From the NCBI GenBank assembly GCA_024644515.1, contig JAHEHN010000021.1, positions 8,338 through 72,337 of the forward strand: DNA of 64,000 nucleotides. The letters run 5' to 3'. Below the pieces are notes generated by a model. That model searched no databases, was not told where the DNA came from, and saw nothing but the letters and a program-made list of their open reading frames with translations. The translations under genes were made by a program, and so were the position numbers. Positions 23,216 to 35,629 of the stretch are shown here, piece after piece (within the stretch, counting starts at the first letter, position 1; each line of letters opens with the position of its first letter). The DNA comes from Gammaproteobacteria bacterium (GTDB taxonomy: Bacteria > Pseudomonadota > Gammaproteobacteria > Pseudomonadales > Pseudohongiellaceae).

Positions 23216-24304
23216 ATGCCCAGCATTCAAAAGCTGCAAGTAAATACCTTCCGAAATCTTCACCAGGAAACACTTAACCCTGTTCCTGGTGTAAATCTTA
23301 TATGTGGCCAAAACGGCAGTGGTAAATCCAGTATCCTTGAGGCTATCTATTTTCTTGGGCTTGGGCGTTCTTTTCGTAATACCCAGCAAACCCCTTTGAT
23401 TCAGCACGGTTCACGTAGCTGCTCGGTGTTTGGAGAGTTATCTGATGGGCTTACATTGGGTGTCTCCAGAAGTCTTGATGCGCCACCTCAGATCAGATTG
23501 AGAGGAGACAAAGCCCAATCCTCTGCCGAACTTGCGAAACATCTCCCCTTGCAACTCCTCAATGCTGAGGCGTTTAAGTTACTTGAAGGCGGGCCAAAAA
23601 CGAGAAGGCAGTATATCGACTGGGGGGTGTTCCACGTGAAACATCAGTTTCATAATCATTGGAGAGAATTCAAGCGCTGCCTTCAAAACCGCAATATCCT
23701 ATTAAAGCGCAAAGCTCCCGCTTCAGAAATTACTCCCTGGACCCAGGAGTTTGTGCGTCATGCCAACATCATAGACCAGTTCCGTAATGACTATCTTTCG
23801 CTTTTTTTGCCCTTTCTTGAGAGCATCCTGGCTAACCTGATTCACCTCGAAGACCTCAGTTTTCGCTATACCCGGGGCTGGAGTCATGACGAAGACATTC
23901 TTTCCGTACTTGAGCAGGGGTTGAAGCGCGACTTTGCTTTTGGTCATACTGTCGCCGGGCCGCAGCGTGCTGATCTAAAAATTCGGCTTGGCTCAGAAAA
24001 TGCGTGCGACATTCTGTCGCGAGGCCAGCAGAAACTGGTGGTCATTGCGATGAAGTTGGCTCAGGGCGCTTTTCTTGTTCGAGAGTCCAGGCTGCAATGC
24101 CTCTACTTGATTGATGATCTCCCTGCCGAGCTGGACAAGGAAAATCGAGGCAGGGTTTGCAGATTATTAAGTGAGCTTGGCGGTCAGGTCTTTATTACTG
24201 GAACCGAACAGGAAGAGTTGCTTGATACCATAAAAAACAGTAATTTTGATACTAATGATTGTAAGCTGTTTCACGTGAAACATGGTATAATTAGCGCTAT
24301 GTAA
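23216..24304 (+). CDS. recF: DNA replication and repair protein RecF
   Basis: 362 aa with Walker A GQNGSGKSSILEAI. Fits the dnaA-dnaN-recF-gyrB order. Confidence 0.97.
   Translation: MPSIQKLQVNTFRNLHQETLNPVPGVNLICGQNGSGKSSILEAIYFLGLGRSFRNTQQTPLIQHGSRSCSVFGELSDGLTLGVSRSLDAPPQIRLRGDKAQSSAELAKHLPLQLLNAEAFKLLEGGPKTRRQYIDWGVFHVKHQFHNHWREFKRCLQNRNILLKRKAPASEITPWTQEFVRHANIIDQFRNDYLSLFLPFLESILANLIHLEDLSFRYTRGWSHDEDILSVLEQGLKRDFAFGHTVAGPQRADLKIRLGSENACDILSRGQQKLVVIAMKLAQGAFLVRESRLQCLYLIDDLPAELDKENRGRVCRLLSELGGQVFITGTEQEELLDTIKNSNFDTNDCKLFHVKHGIISAM
23628..23643. promoter_or_regulatory. parS centromere-like site TGTTCCACGTGAAACA
   Basis: Matches the 16-bp parS consensus TGTTNCACGTGAAACA exactly. Lies inside recF, encoding FHVKH. 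Confidence 0.8.
24267..24282. promoter_or_regulatory. parS centromere-like site TGTTTCACGTGAAACA (perfect palindrome)
   Basis: Perfect 16-bp palindromic parS near the 3' end of recF. Again encodes FHVKH. Confidence 0.85.
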
Positions 24305-24350
24305 GAGCCTTTTGCACAGGCGGCAAAGAAGATAACAGATTGACAATTAG

Positions 24351-26810
<2,460 letters not shown>

Positions 26811-26928
26811 GACTGGTTGAAATCTGTATAAGCCAGTACTGGCTTGTTACAAATATCGGTAGTGAAAATAGTGAAGATACAAAGCTGGTAAAGAAAAAGC
26901 CAGGATTCAGGCGATTATCTGAATAATA

Positions 26929-27624
26929 TCAGATGGCATTGCGAATCCAGGTTTCTATTTCACCAATAAGTTCTTTGGGGTTTCTCCCTGTTGGATCTAT
27001 TGGCTCGCCAATTACTACTTGAATAGTGCCAGGGTTTTTGAATATTTTGTGCGCTGGCCAGCAGACCCCTGCATTATGGGCTATGGGTAAAATTTTTCGG
27101 CCAGAAGAAATTGCCAATTGCACTCCACCGGCAGAATATTTTATTTCTATACCAGGTGCCACACGTGTGCCTTCCGGAAAAATCAGCACAGAAATCCCGT
27201 TATCCATTTTTTCTTTACCCTGATCCAACACTTGCTGCAGGGCCCTCCCCTTTTTACTTCGATCAATCGCTATGGGATGTAGAAGCTTCAACGCCCAGCC
27301 AAAAAAAGGAATCAATAGAAGTTCTTTCTTCAAAGTGGCGCAAATTGGCCGGAAGGTCCAGTAATAGAAAAGCGTCTCCCAGGGACTCTGGTGATTGGAC
27401 AATAAAACAAAGGGTTCAGATGGAATGTTTTGCAGGCCGCTAATCTGGTATTTGATATTACAGGAGAGCTTTAGCCACCAAAGAATAAAGGCATTCCATA
27501 AAAGAAAATAATTGTAGCGAGCTTTTATTGGAAGTAGACCACCAATAATAATACAAATTAGAGCATGGGGTACCAAAGCGGCTATATAAAAAAAATAGAA
27601 TAAAAGGGAGCGGATATATTGCAT
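26929..27624 (-). CDS. 1-acyl-sn-glycerol-3-phosphate acyltransferase family protein (PlsC-like)
   Basis: 231 aa with N-terminal TM helices and acyltransferase blocks NHQSPWE (HX4D-like, with E in place of D) and FPEGTR. Confidence 0.8.
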   Translation of the reverse strand: MQYIRSLLFYFFYIAALVPHALICIIIGGLLPIKARYNYFLLWNAFILWWLKLSCNIKYQISGLQNIPSEPFVLLSNHQSPWETLFYYWTFRPICATLKKELLLIPFFGWALKLLHPIAIDRSKKGRALQQVLDQGKEKMDNGISVLIFPEGTRVAPGIEIKYSAGGVQLAISSGRKILPIAHNAGVCWPAHKIFKNPGTIQVVIGEPIDPTGRNPKELIGEIETWIRNAI

Positions 27625-27637
27625 ATTAAAGAGCGTG

Positions 27638-28201
27638 TCAGCTTTGCAAGCCTGTGTCTGCTATGACAAACATTGCCGCAGCAAAAAGATCATCAAAAAC
27701 AGGAACGTCGGAAAGCTTGGCTGGATTTATAGATGATTTTGTTAATGAGCCCTTTCCGGTTAAAACCAGAATGGGCTTGCATTGTTTTGCCAAAGCAGCA
27801 TCGATATCTTTTTCAGTGTCACCTATAAACCAGGCATTTTGTACAGATTGTGAAAATTGTTTCTCTATCTGTTCTAACATTCCTGTTGCAGGTTTGCGAC
27901 ATTCACAACCGTCATCAGGTCCATGAGGGCAATAAAAAATAGCCTCTATTTTTCCACCCTGCTCTTCCACTTGTGTGCGCATAAATTCATGCATTCTTGC
28001 CAGTTCAAATTCATTAAACAAACCTCTGGCAAGTCCTGATTGATTGGTCGCGACACAGATAGTAAAGCCGGCTTTGGTAAGATGACAGATTGCTTCTATA
28101 CTGCCTGGAAGAGCAATCCATTCATCTTCATTCTTGATATAGCTATCAGAGTCATAATTAATAACTCCATCACGATCAAGAATTATAAGATTGGTGCTCA
28201 T
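27638..28201 (-). CDS. gmhB: D-glycero-beta-D-manno-heptose-1,7-bisphosphate 7-phosphatase
   Basis: 187 aa with HAD motif LDRDGVIN and the Zn-finger insert CPHGPDDGCECRKP typical of GmhB. Confidence 0.88.
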   Translation of the reverse strand: MSTNLIILDRDGVINYDSDSYIKNEDEWIALPGSIEAICHLTKAGFTICVATNQSGLARGLFNEFELARMHEFMRTQVEEQGGKIEAIFYCPHGPDDGCECRKPATGMLEQIEKQFSQSVQNAWFIGDTEKDIDAALAKQCKPILVLTGKGSLTKSSINPAKLSDVPVFDDLFAAAMFVIADTGLQS

Positions 28202-28215
28202 GCAAATATTATCAA

Positions 28216-30291
28216 TTATGTATTTTGCAAAAATGAAATGTCAGCAATTTGTAGAAACAAATGGCGTAACTGTTGTAACAGCGATTGACGATTATTTCTT
28301 ACTTGCTCATCATCAGTATTGACCATTACCTGATCAAAAAACTCATCGACATCTTTTTGTAAATTGGCCATGGAAGACAGGGCATTAGTATAATTCTGGC
28401 TTGCCAACAAGGGTTCAACTTCTACTAATAATTCACTGAGTTTTGCAGCAAGGCGTTGTTCTGCGGGTTCAGTTAATAATTTGTTATCAAGCTCCAAAGG
28501 AGGTTGTAGAGTAAGTTTCGAGAGGATATTGGAGACACGTTTGTTGGCCATGGAAAGTGCAGCTGATTCCTCTAACATGGAAAACTGTTTAACAGCTTTA
28601 ATTCGAAGGTCAAAGTCCAATGGAGCTGTTGGTCTGACAGCATAAACAGATTGAAAAATGTTTGCAGGAACTCCCTCATCTGAATACCAGGCACGAAATC
28701 TTTCGAAAATAAAATCCTGAACAGAATCATGTAAACCGTCAGTAACAGTTAAAACTGAATATTGATCAATAGCCTTGGTAATACACAAAGACAAATCCAG
28801 ATCGAGTTTCTTTTCTACAATGATTCGCAGAATACCAAGGGCAGCACGTCGAAGTGCATAGGGATCCTTGGAGCCAGTGGGTGGCTGTCCAATTCCAAAA
28901 AGACCTACGATAGTATCAAGACGTTCAGCCAGAGCCAGAACCATGCCTGTTTTAGAAACAGGTAAATCATCACCGGCGAAACGGGGCATATATTGTTCAT
29001 TCATTGCCATGGCGACTTCTTCTGTTTCACCATCATGGCTGGCATAGTAGTAACCCATGATGCCCTGAAGATCGGCAAACTCCCCTACCATCCCGGTTAA
29101 GAGGTCGCATTTAGCAATTTCGGCAGCCCTGACAACACTGGCCTGATCAGCACCAATGGCGTTAGCAATATAAGGGCCGAGATTAGCAACACGCTGTGCT
29201 TTATCAAAGAGTGTGCCAAGGGTCTGTTCAAAAATAACAGTTTTCAGTTTATCTGTTCTGGATGCCAGGCTAACCTTTTTGTCCTGTTCAAAAAAGAAAT
29301 CTGCATCGGCAAGACGAGGTCTGATAACCCTTTCATTACCATTGATGACCACTTCAGGATCGACACTTTGAATATTGCTTACGGTAATAAAATTGGGTTT
29401 GATATTGCCGTTCTCATCTTCCAGATAAAAGCATTTCTGGTGTTTCTTCATAGATGAGACCAGAGCTTCTTTAGGCACAGACAAAAAACGTTCATCAAAA
29501 CTGCCGATTAAGGCAACAGGCCACTCAACCAGTGCAGTTACCTCATCAAGCAAATCTTCATCGATAACAACACGAGCATTAATTGTTTTTGCCTGGGCCT
29601 GAATCTGGTGTCGAATCATCTCTTTTCTGATATTAAAATCAGGAATGACAAAACCGGTCTCTGATAATAATTTCTCGTAATCACCTGGCGCAGCAAGCGT
29701 CAGGTTTTCAGGATGGTGAAAGCGGTGGCCGCGCGTAATATTACTCGACTCAATGCCTAGAATAGAGGCTGGAATAATTTCGCTGCCAAAAAGTACAACG
29801 GCCCAGTGCACCGGTCTTACAAATTCGTTTCTTGAGCTGCCCCAGCGCATGCGTTTGGGAATAGGTAATGCCGACAGAGCTTCGTTAATGATTTCGGGGA
29901 GTAGTTTGTGGATAGGCTCCCCTGCTCTCGCTGTTTTAAAATAAAGTTTGCAGACCTTGCCATCATCTTTTTCTGACAATTGGGATACCTCTACACCACA
30001 TGATCTGGCGAATCCTTCAGCGGCTTTGCTGGGCTTACCCTCTTCATCAAATGCCGCTTTAAGTGCCGGCCCAAAACGTTCGATGGTTACATCATCCTGC
30101 ATGGCTTGAAGGTCTTTTACCAGCACAGCCAGTCGTCTGGGTGTTGCATAGGTGGCACCTTGAACAAACCCTAGATTGTGTTTCTTCAGCCCTTTCTCAA
30201 TTTCCTGCCGAAATGATTTTGACAGAGAAAACAATGCCTTGGGCGGTAGTTCTTCGGTACCAATTTCTATGAGTAAATCCTGATTATTCAT
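28216..30291 (-). CDS. glyS: Glycine--tRNA ligase beta subunit
   Basis: 691 aa starting [20 protein letters not shown]. Its start overlaps the glyQ stop by 1 nt (TAATG). Confidence 0.98.
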   Translation of the reverse strand: MNNQDLLIEIGTEELPPKALFSLSKSFRQEIEKGLKKHNLGFVQGATYATPRRLAVLVKDLQAMQDDVTIERFGPALKAAFDEEGKPSKAAEGFARSCGVEVSQLSEKDDGKVCKLYFKTARAGEPIHKLLPEIINEALSALPIPKRMRWGSSRNEFVRPVHWAVVLFGSEIIPASILGIESSNITRGHRFHHPENLTLAAPGDYEKLLSETGFVIPDFNIRKEMIRHQIQAQAKTINARVVIDEDLLDEVTALVEWPVALIGSFDERFLSVPKEALVSSMKKHQKCFYLEDENGNIKPNFITVSNIQSVDPEVVINGNERVIRPRLADADFFFEQDKKVSLASRTDKLKTVIFEQTLGTLFDKAQRVANLGPYIANAIGADQASVVRAAEIAKCDLLTGMVGEFADLQGIMGYYYASHDGETEEVAMAMNEQYMPRFAGDDLPVSKTGMVLALAERLDTIVGLFGIGQPPTGSKDPYALRRAALGILRIIVEKKLDLDLSLCITKAIDQYSVLTVTDGLHDSVQDFIFERFRAWYSDEGVPANIFQSVYAVRPTAPLDFDLRIKAVKQFSMLEESAALSMANKRVSNILSKLTLQPPLELDNKLLTEPAEQRLAAKLSELLVEVEPLLASQNYTNALSSMANLQKDVDEFFDQVMVNTDDEQVRNNRQSLLQQLRHLFLQIADISFLQNT

Positions 30292-31247
30292 TATGTTTTC
30301 AGCTTCTCATTGAAATCATTCAGTGCGTTTTGCCTTAATTCATCAGGGGCGAGAGGAAATCCGAGCCTGGCACGGGAGTCGAAATAGGCCTGCGCAACAC
30401 TGCGAGCCAGAGTGCGTACTCTTAATATGTAACGCTGCCGTTCTGTGACTGAAATGGCTGATCTGGCATCAAGCAAATTGAAATAATGGGAAGCTTTGAG
30501 AACCATTTCATAAGCAGGTAAAACCAGCTTGTTATCGATCAAATACTGACACTGGGTTTCACTGTCGTCGAAGCCCTTGAACAGATTATCCACATTGGCG
30601 AACTCAAAATTGTAGCCGGACATTTCCACTTCATTCTGATGAAAAACATCACCATAGGTCACGGTTCCATTGGGCGTTTCTGCCCATACAATATCAAAAA
30701 TACTGTCTACACCCTGTAAATACATGGCTATTCTTTCAATACCGTAAGTGATTTCTCCGCTTACCGGGAAACACTCCAGGCCGCCCACCTGTTGAAAGTA
30801 GGTAAATTGTGTTACTTCCATGCCGTTGAGCCAGACTTCCCAACCGAGACCCCAGGCGCCTAAAGTGGGGGACTCCCAGTTATCCTCCACAAAACGAATA
30901 TCGTGAACTTTAGAGTCAATACCCAGGTATTTCAGTGATTTTAGATACAAATCCTGAATGTTGTCAGGGGAAGGCTTTAATATTACCTGAAATTGGTAAT
31001 AATGCTGAAGGCGCATGGGATTTTCTCCATAGCGACTGTCAGTGGGCCTTCTGCAAGGTTGCAGATAGGCGCTATTCCAGCTTTCCGGACCAATAGCACG
31101 CAGGAAAGTAGCCGGATGAAAGGTTCCCGCGCCAACTTCGATATCCAGAGGCTGGATAATGACACAGCCGTGATCTGCCCAAAACTGCTGGAGGGCAAGG
31201 ATGAGTCCCTGAAATGTTGACACATCAATGGGTGCCGAATTATTCAA
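30291..31247 (-). CDS. glyQ: Glycine--tRNA ligase alpha subunit
   Basis: 318 aa, highly conserved GlyQ sequence ([17 protein letters not shown]...). Confidence 0.98.
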   Translation of the reverse strand: MNNSAPIDVSTFQGLILALQQFWADHGCVIIQPLDIEVGAGTFHPATFLRAIGPESWNSAYLQPCRRPTDSRYGENPMRLQHYYQFQVILKPSPDNIQDLYLKSLKYLGIDSKVHDIRFVEDNWESPTLGAWGLGWEVWLNGMEVTQFTYFQQVGGLECFPVSGEITYGIERIAMYLQGVDSIFDIVWAETPNGTVTYGDVFHQNEVEMSGYNFEFANVDNLFKGFDDSETQCQYLIDNKLVLPAYEMVLKASHYFNLLDARSAISVTERQRYILRVRTLARSVAQAYFDSRARLGFPLAPDELRQNALNDFNEKLKT

Positions 31248-31397
31248 AAATGGCTCCTGAAGGTAGTAAATTCAGATAAAATTGCGCTAGATTCAAAAAG
31301 CGCTAATTATGCTAAAAACCTGCCTTGATAGCGAGAATTAACTGTATTCTGATCGATGTAAATACTATGAAATGAATACACTTTCGGACCCTGACAT

Positions 31398-32288
31398 TTG
31401 AAAACATTAATCCTGATATTCATCCTGCGCAGCCTGTCACTCCTGCCTTTGGCGCTGGCGAGGAGTCTCGGTGCATTTATTGGTAAAGTCAGCTGGTTGT
31501 TTTCGTCACGAATGGTTGAAACCACACGCATTAACCTGGCGTTATGCTTTTCTGAACTTAACGAAAGTAAGCGCATGCTTCTTGCTAAAGCCAGTATAGT
31601 AAATACATTTCAGACTATTACAGAATGTGGCGCTGCCTGGATATGGCCTGCTGATAAAATAATGGATCATATTTTTGAAGTAGAAGGGCTGGAATTGCTA
31701 CAGCGTGCCCAGGCCGCCGGGAAAGGCACCATGGTTTTAGCTCCTCATCTGGGAAACTGGGAAGTTTTTGGCCTGTACCTGAATACCTGTGGTTGTGGAC
31801 AGAGTAGTCAGTTATATCAGGCACCCAAGAGCAAAGGTCTGGATAGAATAATATATTCAGCACGCAGCAGAGTAGGCGCGAAAATGGTTGCCACTGACAC
31901 CCGCGGTGTCGCAATGCTTCTAAAAGCGCTTAAAAGTGGTGAAATAGTCGGGATATTGCCCGATCAAGTTCCTCCCGAAACCGGAGGTGATTACGCCCCT
32001 TTTTATGGTAAGCAGGTACTAACCATGTCGCTCGTCTCTCGCTTGTTGGAAAAAACCGGAGCCAGAGCAGTAGTCGGTTGCGCCGTGAGAGTAAGGCAAG
32101 GCAATAAAGCAGGCTGGAAAGTTATATTCAGAGAGCCTGACGAGAGAATATATGCCGAGCATATACAGCAGTCATTAATTGGCCTTAACACCAGCGTTGA
32201 AAATATAGTTAATGAGTTTCCTGAGCAGTATCAATGGGAATATAAACGTTTCAAACGGTTGCCGCCAGGTGTTAAAAGACCTTACTGA
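31398..32288 (+). CDS. lpxL: Lipid A biosynthesis lauroyl/myristoyl acyltransferase (LpxL/HtrB family)
   Basis: 296 aa with an N-terminal membrane anchor, the motif APHLGNWE (HX4E), and the C-terminal sequence PEQYQWEYKRFK. TTG start; an in-frame TGA at 31392 blocks upstream extension. Confidence 0.88.
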   Translation: MKTLILIFILRSLSLLPLALARSLGAFIGKVSWLFSSRMVETTRINLALCFSELNESKRMLLAKASIVNTFQTITECGAAWIWPADKIMDHIFEVEGLELLQRAQAAGKGTMVLAPHLGNWEVFGLYLNTCGCGQSSQLYQAPKSKGLDRIIYSARSRVGAKMVATDTRGVAMLLKALKSGEIVGILPDQVPPETGGDYAPFYGKQVLTMSLVSRLLEKTGARAVVGCAVRVRQGNKAGWKVIFREPDERIYAEHIQQSLIGLNTSVENIVNEFPEQYQWEYKRFKRLPPGVKRPY

Positions 32289-32364
32289 TTTATGTTTGCC
32301 AATAGTGATTGAACCAAAAGCCGACAAACGGAATAATTTGGCATCCAGCTAAAAGAGAATTTAT

Positions 32365-32982
32365 ATGAGCAGATTATTAGATCTTAAAGCAGTCTCTGCT
32401 GCCAAAATCAATGATGTACCCTACCCCTACTTTACTGTTGAGCGCTCTGTTTCCGATGAATTTGTCGAAGAGGTTTTGCATGACTTTCCGAAGATAACAT
32501 CAGGTGGGAGCTTTGCACTGAGTGAAGTAAATCCGGGAGCGCGATTCAATGAATTACTGGATGAGCTTAATGGCAGTGCCTTCCGGGATATAATTTCAGA
32601 AAAGCTGCAGCTGGATTTGCGGGAAAGACCAATGGTAATTACGCTGCGCGGAGTTTCCAGGGCAAAGGATGGTCGTATTCATACAGATTCAAAATCAAAG
32701 ATCGCCACAATTTTGATTTACTTCAATGAACCGTGGACAGCCGCAAGCGGAAAACTACGCGTTCTGGGTAGCGAAAACATGGATGATTATGTCACTGAGA
32801 TTACACCGGATGCTGGAGCCATGATTGCATTTAAGGTGACTGAAAATTGTTGGCATGGTTACCCGGCTTTCGAAGGAACCAGACAGTCCATCCAGATAAA
32901 TTTTGTCGAAGATGAAAAAGCCGCTAATAAACATGGTCGACGTCATGGCTGGACAGCCAAGCTTAAAAAAATGATATCCTGA
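32365..32982 (+). CDS. 2OG-Fe(II) oxygenase superfamily protein, substrate unknown
   Basis: 205 aa with an HxD...H facial triad pattern (RIHTDSK ... CWHGYP) and RQSIQINF as a possible 2OG-binding Arg strand. Family-level call only. Confidence 0.65.
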   Translation: MSRLLDLKAVSAAKINDVPYPYFTVERSVSDEFVEEVLHDFPKITSGGSFALSEVNPGARFNELLDELNGSAFRDIISEKLQLDLRERPMVITLRGVSRAKDGRIHTDSKSKIATILIYFNEPWTAASGKLRVLGSENMDDYVTEITPDAGAMIAFKVTENCWHGYPAFEGTRQSIQINFVEDEKAANKHGRRHGWTAKLKKMIS

Positions 32983-33061
32983 AAACGCTTATTCATTTCA
33001 AGTAAAAAGTGATTTAAAGCAGAATAAATTTTTCAAATGACTTCAAAGAGGCCAAGCTATC

Positions 33062-34111
33062 ATTAAGCGTGTACTTGTTATCAAGCTGACCTCCATGGGC
33101 GACTTGATGCATGCCCTCCCGGCCTTGACGGATGCTAGTGAGCAATACCCAGGCGTTGAATTTGACTGGGTAGTTGATGAGGCATTTGCAGAAGTCCCTT
33201 CCTGGCACCCTGCTGTAAAAAATACCTATACCAGTGCCCATAGACGATGGAAAAAGAATTTCAGATCATCCTGGAAAAAAGGAGAGTTCTCAAGGTTTTG
33301 GAATGATTTAAATATAAACGAATATGATGTGATAATTGACGCACAGAATAATGTAAAAAGTGCTTTTATAAGTCTACTTCGTAAAGGCCATGTACATGGA
33401 ATGGACAGCGCCAGTGTTGCAGAGCAGCCAGCATTTATAGCTTATAAATACAGGCATTTTATAGAAAAAAATCAGCATGCCATTGCAAGGCAGCGGGAAC
33501 TTTTTGCTAACGCTCTGGGTTATAAAATTCCCGATGCGGCGGTCAATTATGGAATCAAGTTGGACGCGTTAAAATGTCCAGCACTGCCATTTGAATCCCC
33601 TTTTCTATTCCTGGTACATAATGCCAGCTGGACAACGAAATTGTGGCCAGAAAAGTTCTGGTTTGAATTAACCGGCCTGGCAAAAGAAGAAAACTATAAT
33701 GTTGTTTTACCCGGTGGAAATAGTGAAGAACTTGCAAGAGCTGAACAGATTGCCTCGAAACATGACAATGCCTATGCATTGCCCAGAATGTCATTATCAG
33801 AACTTGGCGGGATTATAAGCAAAGCAGACGGTGCGGTTTGTTGTGATACAGGTCTGGCACATTTGACAGCAATTACCGGAACTCCGTCAGTGACCATGTA
33901 TGGGCCGACCAGTGTTGAGCTTATAGGAACCTATGGCTCTGGACAGCAACACCTTGATGCTGAAAATCCAAATTTTCCCTGTAGTCCCTGCTATAAGAGA
34001 AGTTGTAAGTTTCAAGGCCAGGCAAGCTCCATGTCAGCCTGTATGGATTCCTTTCAGCCAGTTAAAGTATGGGAAATGTTGCGCAATCAAATGAAAAAAG
34101 CTGCTGGCTGA
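33062..34111 (+). CDS. waaC: ADP-heptose:LPS heptosyltransferase I
   Basis: Strong WaaC-like N-terminus ...KRVLVIKLTSMGDLMHALPALTDA...FDWVV. The track ORF starts at ATG 33095, inside the conserved first beta-strand. Upstream there is only ATC (33059) or ATT (33062), after an AAGAGG Shine-Dalgarno (SD) sequence at 33046-33051. The 5' end is therefore uncertain. Confidence 0.9.
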   Translation: MKRVLVIKLTSMGDLMHALPALTDASEQYPGVEFDWVVDEAFAEVPSWHPAVKNTYTSAHRRWKKNFRSSWKKGEFSRFWNDLNINEYDVIIDAQNNVKSAFISLLRKGHVHGMDSASVAEQPAFIAYKYRHFIEKNQHAIARQRELFANALGYKIPDAAVNYGIKLDALKCPALPFESPFLFLVHNASWTTKLWPEKFWFELTGLAKEENYNVVLPGGNSEELARAEQIASKHDNAYALPRMSLSELGGIISKADGAVCCDTGLAHLTAITGTPSVTMYGPTSVELIGTYGSGQQHLDAENPNFPCSPCYKRSCKFQGQASSMSACMDSFQPVKVWEMLRNQMKKAAG

Positions 34112-34126
34112 AATAATGATGTAAAA

Positions 34127-35575
34127 TTAATTGCGCCAGAAGTGGGGTGAAAGTAATACCAGCAGTGTGAAGACCTCAAGCCTTCCCAATAACATACCCA
34201 GACAAAGGATCCACTTCGCTGCAACCGGAACGCTGCCATAATTTTCTGCAACACCGCCGAGTCCTGGCCCCAGGTTATTAATGCTGGCACCCACGGCAGT
34301 AAAGGCTGTCGTAATATCGAGATCGACGGCAAGAAGCGCCAGCAGCATTACCATGTAAGCCATTACATAAACAGAGAAAAAACCCCAGACGGATTCTATC
34401 ACCCGTTCCGGAACACGCTGGTTGCCTAACTTGATTGGAATTACCGCATTAGGATGAATAAGTTTCTCAATTTCCCTGAAACCCTGCTTGATAATGAGTA
34501 ACACCCGAATCACCTTCATACCGCCGCCGGTAGATCCCGCGCAACATCCAATAATGGCCATATAAAACAATAAAAAGGGCAGGAAGGTTGGCCAGGAACT
34601 GAAATCCGCGGTGCTGAACCCGGTAGTGGTTGTAATGGAGACTACTTCAAATATCCCTTTGAAAAAGGCATCCTCGAAGCCATAGGTTCCGGAAAAATAC
34701 AGAAAGGGGACTGAGATAAAGGCAATTACCAACAACATGCCAATATAGAACTTGAATTCGGAATCATCAAAGTAATGCTTGATACTTTTGTGTTCCCAGG
34801 CAAAAAAGTGCAGGGCAAAATTTACGCCGGAAACAAGCATGAATACTGTGGCAATCATTTCAATAACAGCACTATCAAAAAAGGCGATACTGGTATCGTG
34901 AGTTGAGAAGCCTCCGATGGCAATTGTCGCGAAACTGTGGCCAATTGCGTCGAAAAGTGTCATTCCTGCAAAGAAGTACGCCAGGGCACAAAGCATGGTA
35001 AGGCTAATATAAATTAGTAGAAGCGCCTTGGCCGTTTCGGTTACACGGGGCAGCAGCTTGTTGTCCTTGACCGGCCCAGGGCTTTCCGCGCGATATAACT
35101 GCATCCCGCCTATGCCAAGCATAGGCAGGATGGCGACAGCAATGGCGATAATACCCATACCGCCAAGCCATTGCAGCTGCTGGCGGTAATACAAAATAGA
35201 ACGGGGCAGCTGGTCAAGACCAGAGAGGACAGTAGCGCCGGTAGTGGTAAGTCCCGATATGGATTCGAAAAAAGAATCAGTGACTGACATTTGCAGGGAT
35301 TCTGTAAATATAAAAGGAAAACTACCGAACGATCCAAGCACGGTCCAGAACAGGGTGACTACGAGAAAGCAGTCTCGCGTCTTGAGCTCTTTATGATTGT
35401 GCATCACCGGTGCCCACAGCACAAAACCGGAAAGCAGAGTGACAAAAAATGTTGTCAAGAAGGAGAAGATGACACCGTCATCGAAATACCAGGACACCAG
35501 CAGAGGTGGAATCTGGGCGCAACTGAAGATCATCAGCAGCACACCTAAAATGCGAAAAATAACCGGCAGATTCAT
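34127..35575 (-). CDS. trkH: Trk system potassium uptake protein TrkH
   Basis: 482-aa polytopic membrane protein with TrkH-like repeats, adjacent to trkA. Confidence 0.95.
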   Translation of the reverse strand: MNLPVIFRILGVLLMIFSCAQIPPLLVSWYFDDGVIFSFLTTFFVTLLSGFVLWAPVMHNHKELKTRDCFLVVTLFWTVLGSFGSFPFIFTESLQMSVTDSFFESISGLTTTGATVLSGLDQLPRSILYYRQQLQWLGGMGIIAIAVAILPMLGIGGMQLYRAESPGPVKDNKLLPRVTETAKALLLIYISLTMLCALAYFFAGMTLFDAIGHSFATIAIGGFSTHDTSIAFFDSAVIEMIATVFMLVSGVNFALHFFAWEHKSIKHYFDDSEFKFYIGMLLVIAFISVPFLYFSGTYGFEDAFFKGIFEVVSITTTTGFSTADFSSWPTFLPFLLFYMAIIGCCAGSTGGGMKVIRVLLIIKQGFREIEKLIHPNAVIPIKLGNQRVPERVIESVWGFFSVYVMAYMVMLLALLAVDLDITTAFTAVGASINNLGPGLGGVAENYGSVPVAAKWILCLGMLLGRLEVFTLLVLLSPHFWRN

Positions 35576-35629
35576 TGTATTTCCGTATTACACCCTGATT
35601 TCTTGAGTATTCAGTGTATTTTCTGCCTG

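Noticed and set aside
26830-26845. 16-bp palindrome aagccagtactggctt after gyrB, considered as a terminator
   Set aside because: The effective stem is only 5-7 bp with a tiny loop and no following T-tract.
27162-27167. CACGTG core with a palindromic flank (acacgtgt) inside the acyltransferase gene, considered as a third parS
   Set aside because: The flanks (TGCCA...TGCCT) do not match TGTTN...NAACA.
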